From assembly GCA_963804165.1 (NCBI GenBank), contig CAWDPO010000008.1, positions 61,067-125,066 on the forward strand: a stretch of 64,000 nucleotides of DNA, given 5' to 3'. Positions 17,144 to 24,974 of the stretch are shown piece after piece (position 1 is the first letter of the stretch; each line of letters opens with the position of its first letter). The notes beneath the pieces are model-generated. The model did not search any database. It saw nothing but the letters and a program-made list of their open reading frames with translations, and was not told the DNA's origin. The stretch is from an uncultured delta proteobacterium. Lineage in GTDB: Bacteria > Desulfobacterota > Binatia > UBA9968. Both the position numbers and the translations under genes were made by a program.

Positions 17144-17841
17144 GTACACCCGTCAGCATCGGCTTGATCATTCCTTCTGGGAACCGGCTCACTGAGCCGC
17201 AATTCAACGCCTATCTTCCGCCTAGCATTGGCGTTCATGTGACGCGGCTGCGCATGACCGGAAAATTTCGCAAGCCGCTCGGCGAGCTCAAACGTCCGCT
17301 CACCGAAGCCGCCGAGGCGCTCTCGGACATCGATCCCGGCGTCATCGTTTTTCACTGCACGGCAAATTCCATGGAGAGCGGCCTGGCGCACGAAAAGGCG
17401 CTGGTCGACATCATTGAACAGGCGAGCGGCTGCCCGACGATCACGACGGCGCAAGCGCTCACGCAGGCGTTTGGTCAATCTGGCATCAAAAAGCTGGTCC
17501 TCATCAGCCCCTACGTCAAAGCCACTAACCAGCTCGAAGTCAACTATCTCACCGAGACGGGTTTTACCGTGCTCCACGAGCTGGGGCTTGGTCTGGAGCC
17601 CCATGCCTACTCGACCGTAACGCCGCAAGAGTGGAAGAGCATCGTGAAAGAAAACGCCCGCACCGATGCTGACGGCTATTTTCTAAGCTGCACCAACACG
17701 CGCATGATCGAAGCGATTGAAGATCTGGAAAAAGAGCTCGATAAGCCGGTCATCAACAGCAATCAAGCGACGATTTGGGCTTGCTTGAAAAAACTTGGCA
17801 TTCCGCACACAAACAAAAAACTCGGACGTCTCTTTCAGTAG
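17140..17841 (+). CDS. Asp/Glu racemase superfamily protein, maleate cis-trans isomerase / arylmalonate decarboxylase-like
   Basis: ATGA start/stop overlap with the upstream gene. IGLIIPSGNRLTEPQF, VFHCTANS and LSCTNTR match the two catalytic Cys motifs of this family. Confidence 0.7.
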   Translation: MSTPVSIGLIIPSGNRLTEPQFNAYLPPSIGVHVTRLRMTGKFRKPLGELKRPLTEAAEALSDIDPGVIVFHCTANSMESGLAHEKALVDIIEQASGCPTITTAQALTQAFGQSGIKKLVLISPYVKATNQLEVNYLTETGFTVLHELGLGLEPHAYSTVTPQEWKSIVKENARTDADGYFLSCTNTRMIEAIEDLEKELDKPVINSNQATIWACLKKLGIPHTNKKLGRLFQ

Positions 17842-17926
17842 TGCGATTGCACACACCGGATGCGCGCGATTTAAGGCGTTTCGTCGTCGGGATTTTACGG
17901 CGGCAGAATTCGCCCTCTCGTCTCAG

Positions 17927-20206
17927 TCAGCCATCCATTTCCTGCGTCGAAAGTTTACTCGGCCGCGCCATGCCGGCAAGCTTTTCCATCAACCCGGTGT
18001 TGCGCTTCTCGACGCGAAAATTGCGGATCGCCATGGCCAGGGCTTTGCGGCTGCCGACGATGACGACCAGCTTTTTGCCGCGGGTGACGGCAGTGTAAAG
18101 AATGCTCCGATGCAGCAGCAAATAGTGCGACGTGTGCAACGGGATGACGACGACCGGGTACTCGCTACCCTGGCTCTTGTGCACGGAAGTGGCGTACGCC
18201 AAACCAATTTCGTCGAGCTCGTCGGACTCGTATTCGACGACCTTGTCTAAAAAATCGACTTTCACATTACCGACTTCCCGATCGATACCGACAATGCGAC
18301 CCAGGTCGCCGTTGAAAACGCCTTTGTCGTAGTTGTTGCGCAGCTGCATGACCTTATCGCCCCAGCGCAATGCGGATCCGGCGCGCTCCAAAGCGGCGCC
18401 CGACGGATTGAGCAGAGCCTGAAGCTCGCGGTTGAGATTGATCGTTCCTAACAAGCCGCGATGCATCGGCGTCAGCACTTGGATCGCCTGGCCAACTTCA
18501 TCCGAGTCCAATTGCAGCGAGCGCGGGATTTCCTCCCGCAATAACATCTTTACCGTTTCCAGGATTTCGTCTTCGGACTCCCGCGCCAGAAACGCAAAAT
18601 CGCTGCCGCCCTCGTCGCGCAGCCAAAGTGACTGTCCCTGCAGGATTCGATGCGCATTGACGACAATCAGACTCTGGCGATCTTGGCGGAAGATTCGTCG
18701 CAACACAACTTTTGGCACCACGCCGGAATCGATCAAATCGCGCAACACGCTGCCCGGCCCCACCGATGGCAGCTGATCGACATCGCCGACGAGAATAAGA
18801 TGGCTGTGCGGATCGACGGCGCGGAGCAAATGATCCATCAACGGCAAATCGACCATCGAGGTCTCGTCGATAATGATAAAATCGACTTGCAGCGGATTGT
18901 CCTCGCTTCTTTGAAAGCCGCCTTCGCGCGGATTGTATTCCAGTAGTCGATGAATCGTCATCGCTTCTTCGCCGGCGCTCTCGGTCATGCGCTTTGCCGC
19001 CCGTCCCGTCGGCGCCGCCAGCGCGAACTTGACCTTGGCGCGCCGTAAGATCGTCAGCAGCGCGGTGAGCAGTGTAGTTTTGCCCGTGCCCGGTCCGCCC
19101 GTGATAACAAGCACCTTCTCGCGCAGCGCCTGCTCGGTGGCGCGCATTTGGTCTTCATCCAAAGTTACTGAGGCGGGTCCGAACAACTCAGGACTAACCA
19201 AATCGATTGCGCCCCGAGACGATTGGCCGAGCCGGCTTCGGGGACCGAAAATTGTTTCACCCTGCAGGTGCGATGGCGTCGACAAAAGACCTTGAAACGC
19301 CGCAGCGACACGGCGCTCGGCGTAATAAAGCTCCGCCAAATAGACTTGGGATTCGAGACTCTCGGGACTGTCGTGGAGAACCAATTCGGTTCGTGCGGCA
19401 AGTCTGGCCACCGCCGCGTCCACCGGATCTTCGTCGATATTCAAGAGCGCGGCCGCGTTTCGTTTGAGCGATGCGAGTGGCACGTAGCAATGGCCGCGAT
19501 CCGCCATTTCGCGCAGCACGTGCAATACTCCGGCTTGCACGCGCAGCGGAAAGTCGCCGCGAATACCGATTTGATTGGCCAATCGGTCTGCCAAGAGAAA
19601 GCCGATGCCATGCACCTGCTGCGCCAGCGCGTAGGGATTTTCTCGAACTCGAGTAATCGTGTCGGCGCCGAAAACCCGATAGATTCGCAGTGCTAATGAG
19701 GCTCCGACGCCGTGCCCCTGTAGAAAAACCATGACGTCCTGAATGCCGCGCTGTTCTTGCCACGCCTGTAGGATGCGGCGCGCGCGAACTTCGCCGATGC
19801 CGTCGACTTCCAGGACGCGGAGCGGCTGTTCCGACAAAATTTTCAGTGTGTCCAATCCAAATGCCGCCACCAACCGTTTCGCGTACGTCGGTCCGATCCC
19901 TTTGATCAAACCGGAGCCGAGATATTTCTCGATGCCTTCGATCGTCGCGGGGTCGATCTTCTCCCAATGATCAACTTGAAATTGCAAGCCGTAACGCGGA
20001 TGGCGCTTCCAGGCGCCGGTGACTTTGATCTCTTCGCCTTCCGTGACCGGGAAAAGCGTGCCGACGATGGTTGTGCCCGGACCGCCGTCGTCATCCAGAC
20101 GCGCCACGGTGTAGTGCGTCTCCGGATGTTGATAGGTGATCCGGCCGATTGTGCCTTGGATCGATGTCGTCTCGTTCTGTTTTTCCGCCAATGGAATCTC
20201 CGGCAC
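17927..20206 (-). CDS. recD2: RecD2-type SF1B ATP-dependent DNA helicase
   Basis: 759 aa. N-terminal OB/HhH region, Walker A GGPGTGKTT, Walker B IIIDETSMVD, and C-terminal ATSVHKSQGSEY. Confidence 0.9.
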   Translation of the reverse strand: MPEIPLAEKQNETTSIQGTIGRITYQHPETHYTVARLDDDGGPGTTIVGTLFPVTEGEEIKVTGAWKRHPRYGLQFQVDHWEKIDPATIEGIEKYLGSGLIKGIGPTYAKRLVAAFGLDTLKILSEQPLRVLEVDGIGEVRARRILQAWQEQRGIQDVMVFLQGHGVGASLALRIYRVFGADTITRVRENPYALAQQVHGIGFLLADRLANQIGIRGDFPLRVQAGVLHVLREMADRGHCYVPLASLKRNAAALLNIDEDPVDAAVARLAARTELVLHDSPESLESQVYLAELYYAERRVAAAFQGLLSTPSHLQGETIFGPRSRLGQSSRGAIDLVSPELFGPASVTLDEDQMRATEQALREKVLVITGGPGTGKTTLLTALLTILRRAKVKFALAAPTGRAAKRMTESAGEEAMTIHRLLEYNPREGGFQRSEDNPLQVDFIIIDETSMVDLPLMDHLLRAVDPHSHLILVGDVDQLPSVGPGSVLRDLIDSGVVPKVVLRRIFRQDRQSLIVVNAHRILQGQSLWLRDEGGSDFAFLARESEDEILETVKMLLREEIPRSLQLDSDEVGQAIQVLTPMHRGLLGTINLNRELQALLNPSGAALERAGSALRWGDKVMQLRNNYDKGVFNGDLGRIVGIDREVGNVKVDFLDKVVEYESDELDEIGLAYATSVHKSQGSEYPVVVIPLHTSHYLLLHRSILYTAVTRGKKLVVIVGSRKALAMAIRNFRVEKRNTGLMEKLAGMARPSKLSTQEMDG

Positions 20207-20410
20207 TTTATCCTACGCGAAAGCATGGAAGCCGTAAACGACGTCCCCTTGCCTTTTACCAGTAGGCGGTTAGAATTCCAGCCAAGATTGTCAATGCCCG
20301 GACCTGCTTCCAAGTATTGGCCCGCTCTCGCTTAATCCTTTGCTAAACGCGCAAAACACTCCCGCCGTTTCGCCGCTTTACAGACTGGCGAAAATTAGGA
20401 GAATTCAACG

Positions 20411-21724
20411 ATGACGATAGAGTTTTTTTGGCTTGAGGCGATCTGGATCATGGCTTTGATTATGGCGAACGGGTTTTTTGCCGCCTCCGAGATCGCCATG
20501 ATCGCCATGCGCAAAAGCCGTATCGACGCTTTAGTCGAGAGAGGCGTCAAAGCCGCAGCCATCGTCGCACGGCTAAAGGAAGATCCCGACCGTTTCCTCG
20601 CCACCGTGCAGATCGGTGTCACCGTGGTCAGCTCCTTCGCTTCCGCCATCGGCGGCGCGGCGGCCATCGGCTACTTAAAGCCGCGGTTTGCCGCTTCGCC
20701 TTTGCCCCTCGTCGCGCAGTGGGCTGAAGTCTTGGCGCTCCTCGTCGTGGTCTTGCCGATCTCTTACTTATCGCTCGTCTTGGGCGAACTGGTACCGAAA
20801 TCCCTCGCCCTGCGGTATTCCGAGCAGATCGCCTGTTTTGTCGCCCGGCCCATCGAATTCCTCGCGCGCATCAGTGCAATTTTTGTGAAAGTATTGACTG
20901 CCTCGAGCAACTTGGTTCTCAGACTCTTCGGCGGCAGCGAAAACGAGAGTGCTAGTTTCATCTCCGTCGACGAAGTCAAATCGTTGATTCGCGAGGGCGC
21001 CGCCAAAGGAATATTCAACGAGACCGAAGAACAACTGATCCACAGTGTGTTCGAATTCACCGACACGCCGGTGAAAGCGGTGATGATCCCGCGCACCGAG
21101 ATCCATGCCGTCGAAGCGCACGTCTCGTTCGCCGACGTGGCGCAGAGTTTCGTCGAAAGCGGCTTCTCGCGCATACCGGTTTACGAGGGCGAATTGGACA
21201 GGATCATCGGCATACTCTACAACAAGGATGTTTTGAAAGCTTTGCAGGAAAAGAGTGAATTTCGCATTCGCGATCATCTCCACCCGGCGTTTTTTGTGCC
21301 CAGCACGCTGCCGGTCAGCGAATTATTGAAGCAGCTCCAGCGCCGGCGCCTCGCCATGGCCTTGGTGGTCAACGAATTCGGCGAAGTCGAAGGGCTCGCC
21401 ACGTTGGAAGATTTAGTCGAAGAAATCGTCGGCGAGATTCGCGATGAGTACGATCGTGAAGAGCGCGGTCCGGTGGAACGGTTGCCGGACGGCTCGTTGG
21501 TGATCCAGGGCTCCGCCTTACTCAAAGACCTGAAGACCGACTTCGGCCTGCCATTCGAAGAGTCGCCGGATTACCACACACTGGCGGGTTTCATGCTTGC
21601 CAAGCTCAAGCGCATTCCGCGCGGCGGGGAGTGGGTCGAAGAAAATGGTTATAAGCTCACCATCGTCGACATGGAAGGACGACGCATCGTAAAAATAAAA
21701 TTAGAGCGAATCGCGAGCGCGTGA
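20411..21724 (+). CDS. CNNM(DUF21)-CBS-CorC_HlyC family transporter (hemolysin/TlyC-like)
   Basis: N-terminal 4-TM DUF21, a CBS pair, and a C-terminal CorC domain (GYKLTIVDMEGRRIVKIKL). Confidence 0.85.
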   Translation: MTIEFFWLEAIWIMALIMANGFFAASEIAMIAMRKSRIDALVERGVKAAAIVARLKEDPDRFLATVQIGVTVVSSFASAIGGAAAIGYLKPRFAASPLPLVAQWAEVLALLVVVLPISYLSLVLGELVPKSLALRYSEQIACFVARPIEFLARISAIFVKVLTASSNLVLRLFGGSENESASFISVDEVKSLIREGAAKGIFNETEEQLIHSVFEFTDTPVKAVMIPRTEIHAVEAHVSFADVAQSFVESGFSRIPVYEGELDRIIGILYNKDVLKALQEKSEFRIRDHLHPAFFVPSTLPVSELLKQLQRRRLAMALVVNEFGEVEGLATLEDLVEEIVGEIRDEYDREERGPVERLPDGSLVIQGSALLKDLKTDFGLPFEESPDYHTLAGFMLAKLKRIPRGGEWVEENGYKLTIVDMEGRRIVKIKLERIASA

Positions 21725-21743
21725 TCAATGCACCGCCGTAGCG

Positions 21744-22157
21744 TCAATAGCAGCGGATCTCGATCTCGTTGCCGTCCGGATCGAGAAAGTACACTGACGT
21801 CGCCCGTCCCCGCGCGCCCCAGCGCGAGACCGGCCCTTGGCGAATGGCGATTTGGTTGTCCTTTAGGCCCTCGATCACTCCGGCGAAGTTTTCCGCGTCG
21901 ACAACTAAACAAAAATGATTTAAATTGCCGTTGAATTTCTCGTCGGCGCGCGGATGCGAACTTTCTTTGCTTGGAAACAAATCGATGATCGTCGCATCGT
22001 TGATACGCACCGACGGAAACCCGACCTTGCCGGCTGTAAACTCCTCGACGCGTTCGCCGGCTAAACCCAAAACGTCGGTGTAGAATTTTAGCGAGCGGTG
22101 AATATCGCCGACGTTGAGGACGATATGGTCCAGCTCCGTAATTTTGATCCGCGCCAT
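21744..22157 (-). CDS. VOC (glyoxalase/bleomycin resistance/dioxygenase) family protein
   Basis: The ATG at 22157 follows AAGGAG. LDHIVLNVGDIHRSLKFYTDVLG and the ending DPDGNEIEI are typical of the family. Confidence 0.75.
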   Translation of the reverse strand: MARIKITELDHIVLNVGDIHRSLKFYTDVLGLAGERVEEFTAGKVGFPSVRINDATIIDLFPSKESSHPRADEKFNGNLNHFCLVVDAENFAGVIEGLKDNQIAIRQGPVSRWGARGRATSVYFLDPDGNEIEIRCY

Positions 22158-22181
22158 AACCGAACTCCTTTCCCGCGACAA

Positions 22182-23255
22182 TCAGCCGCGCTCGGCGCGC
22201 GACGACTCGATGACCGCTATTTCTTGCAACAACGCTTGAACCTCAGTCGCCGTCCCCACCGTGATGCGCAAGCAGTCTTGTAAACCGGCGACGTCAAAGT
22301 AGCGCACTAAAATCTTTCTTCGCTTGAGCTCTTCGTAGACACCCTTTTGATTCCGCCCGCTTTTTCGCGCCAGTACAAAGTTCGCATGGGACGGATACAC
22401 GTCGTAGCCCGCGCGTTTGAGCCGGGTCGTCAACTTTTTGCGGGTGCGCTGAATACGCCGCGCGTTGCGCGCCATCCACGGCAGATCCTGTAGCGCCGCC
22501 GTCGCCGCGATCAGACTCAGCCGGTTCACATTATACGAATCTTTGACCTTCATCATCCCAGATATAATCTGCTCGGATGCGAAAGCGAGCCCGATGCGCA
22601 TTCCCGCGAGTGAGAATGACTTCGAAAATGTCCGTAGGACCACCAGATTGGGCAGTCGTTGGATCAACGGAATCGACGATGAGCCTTCGCTCGCGGCAAA
22701 ATCGACGTAGGCTTCGTCGACAACCAAGATACCCGGCAGCGACCGCGCGAGTTTTTCGATTTCCGGCAAGGGTACGAGCGTTCCGGAAGGGGCGTTAGGA
22801 TTGCACAGAAAAGTGAGCGCGGCGCCCTGCTCAGCCAGCGCGGGGGGCAAGGAATAGTCCGCAGGAAAGTCCACCGGCGCAGGGACTCCGTCTTGAATAG
22901 CCACCAAGGTATCATAGAGCGAATAAGTCGGAACCGGAAACGCGACACGGTCGTGCGGACCGACAAAGCAGCGCAGCAGCATCGACAAGAGCTCATCCGA
23001 GCCGTTACCTACAATGATGTTGGCCGCTTTCACTCCATAAATGCTTCCCGCTCTGGTCCGCAGCGTGTCACTTCGCGATTCCGGGTAAAGGCGCAGCGAC
23101 GCATCAATCGCTTTCCTCAGCGCCGCGCGAACTTTCGGCGACGGCGGGTAAGGATTCTCATTCGTGTTGAGTTTTATGATACCGCTATCTTGCGGCTGCT
23201 CGCCCGGGACGTAACCGCCCAATGCGATAATATTAGGTCGGAAATAGTGTCGCAT
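22182..23255 (-). CDS. hisC: histidinol-phosphate aminotransferase
   Basis: 357 aa. LNTNENPYPPSP motif and the PLP lysine context RTFSKSFSLAGMRIG. Confidence 0.9.
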   Translation of the reverse strand: MRHYFRPNIIALGGYVPGEQPQDSGIIKLNTNENPYPPSPKVRAALRKAIDASLRLYPESRSDTLRTRAGSIYGVKAANIIVGNGSDELLSMLLRCFVGPHDRVAFPVPTYSLYDTLVAIQDGVPAPVDFPADYSLPPALAEQGAALTFLCNPNAPSGTLVPLPEIEKLARSLPGILVVDEAYVDFAASEGSSSIPLIQRLPNLVVLRTFSKSFSLAGMRIGLAFASEQIISGMMKVKDSYNVNRLSLIAATAALQDLPWMARNARRIQRTRKKLTTRLKRAGYDVYPSHANFVLARKSGRNQKGVYEELKRRKILVRYFDVAGLQDCLRITVGTATEVQALLQEIAVIESSRAERG

Positions 23256-23528
23256 GCGGCGAAATTCTATCGGCAGCGCCCGTCCTTTTCAAACCGTCAT
23301 TTGACTAGCCTCTGTCGCGCTCGCATCGGATAACGGGGCGAATTGCTAATTCGAATCTTGCCAAGTGACTCGCTCGAACACCCATGGTGCTCTAGCACAC
23401 ATCGCGACATTTTTGTCCAAGGATTCCCGACGTTGGCCAAAATTCCCCGTTTTGCCAAACCTATTACCAAAAACGTTGTTCTTCTTTCTACTAAGTAGTT
23501 GAAATTGCGAAATTCCTAATTTCAGGCC

Positions 23529-23544
23529 TGGCATGTTTTTGGCT
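23529..23544 (+). promoter_or_regulatory. candidate sigma-54 (-24/-12) promoter
   Basis: TGGCATGTTTTTGGCT versus the consensus TGGCACG-N4-TTGCW. GG and GC are separated by exactly 12 nt. It lies ~80 bp upstream of the coiled-coil gene ATG. Confidence 0.3.
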
Positions 23545-23621
23545 ACAGCGACAGCGTTGGTAAAACATTTCCTAAGACTTGGCAAGCAAAGCGGAAAAAT
23601 TGTAAACAAAATACGATTCCT

Positions 23622-24974
23622 ATGGATGCGCCCAAAATTCCCATAAACGACCCGTCTATCCTCTTACTCAATGAAATCGAGATCCTGCTCGCGCAATCGC
23701 GCCTGCTCGAGCTCTACCTAAAACAAACGCAAGCGTCGGCTGCCTACGAGACGGCTCGCGCCTATCATCGCCATCAGAGTGAGCTGGCCGAGCTCCGTGC
23801 TGCCCTTTCCGAGAAAGAGAAAATTGTCGTAGCGAAGGAAAACACGGTCGGCGCAAGAGAACGGGATCTTCAAGAAAGAGTCCAGAATCTGGAAACCGAC
23901 TTGAGCGAAGCTCAACGTCGGCTCCAATACCGCGACGTCGAATTCCAACGCGTCGAGTCTGAAGCGGCAGACCTGCGCGGGCTCATCGACCAACTGGAAC
24001 TCTCGAAGGCACAAGCGCAAACCACCGCGCGAGAATCCGCGATGGCTCGCCAAGAACTCACGGCAGAACTGGCGGTCCTGCGTGAGCGTCTCGAAGAAAT
24101 CCAGGCAAACTTCCAAAATCAACAGCTGGCGTCTCGGCAACTTCAAGAGGATCTACAAACCCAGATCGCGCAACTCCAGGATCAACTTCGTGAAAAAGTG
24201 ACTTGGTCGCGCACCGCCGACGGCGAGCTACAACAAGCCAAGCGGGAGATCGCCGAACTGCACGAGCGGGTCGCGGAACTTCAAACGAGCCGCCAAGAAG
24301 CCCAATCGAGCGCGGCGCGCGAGCTGGCAGACTCGCGCGCACACTTTGAAATGCAGCTCAACGGCCTCCAGACCGCGCTTGCTGAGCGCGAGCATGTCCT
24401 CGAAGAAACCCACCATGCGATGATCGAACTCGAGCACGGCCTCAGAACCGAGATCGTCATGCTGCATAGCCAACTCGAGCAGAAGCAAGAACTGATCGGT
24501 TTTCGGGACGAGGAACTGCGCGGCAATCAATCGCAATTCGCTGCGCTCCAGCAACGGGTCGCAGAGCTCGAAGCGGCCGAACAAGCAGCGCGGGTCAGTG
24601 CCGAGCAAATCGAAGACACACGCCGCTCCTATGAGGACCGGGTCGTTGCCCTGCAGCATGAAGTCACAGCCCGAGAGCGAGCGCTGACGGAACGTCAGGA
24701 AGCCGTGAGCGCGGTGGAGCTGGCGTTGCACGGCAAAATCCAGTCTCTCCAGCAGGAGCTGGCCCTCAGCCACAGCTTGAACGAAGAGCGCGAAAACGCG
24801 CTGCGAAGTTCCCGCACCGAGAATGAAGCCTTGCGCGAACGGATCGCCGAACAAGAATCTGCCGCTTCCGCGGATCTGCTGGCGCGCCAGCGCGTTGAAG
24901 AGCACATGTCGCGGTTTGGAAACCGAAATATCCGGCTTGCACGCAACATTGGCGCAGAAGGAATACGCGCTTGA
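23622..24974 (+). CDS. giant coiled-coil protein, N-terminal ORF fragment (continues in 24823-27633 after a +1 indel near 24905-24918)
   Basis: Continuous Q/E/L/R/A heptad-like sequence. Coil-like reading stops at ..LLARQRVEEH in this frame and resumes as LETEISGLHATLAQKEYALDH in the next frame. Confidence 0.75.
   Translation: MDAPKIPINDPSILLLNEIEILLAQSRLLELYLKQTQASAAYETARAYHRHQSELAELRAALSEKEKIVVAKENTVGARERDLQERVQNLETDLSEAQRRLQYRDVEFQRVESEAADLRGLIDQLELSKAQAQTTARESAMARQELTAELAVLRERLEEIQANFQNQQLASRQLQEDLQTQIAQLQDQLREKVTWSRTADGELQQAKREIAELHERVAELQTSRQEAQSSAARELADSRAHFEMQLNGLQTALAEREHVLEETHHAMIELEHGLRTEIVMLHSQLEQKQELIGFRDEELRGNQSQFAALQQRVAELEAAEQAARVSAEQIEDTRRSYEDRVVALQHEVTARERALTERQEAVSAVELALHGKIQSLQQELALSHSLNEERENALRSSRTENEALRERIAEQESAASADLLARQRVEEHMSRFGNRNIRLARNIGAEGIRA

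Noticed and set aside
23346-23609. 87-aa minus-strand ORF in the hisC / coiled-coil intergenic region.
   Set aside because: It lies in AT-rich promoter-like DNA, has no RBS, is low-complexity, and overlaps the sigma-54-like motif.
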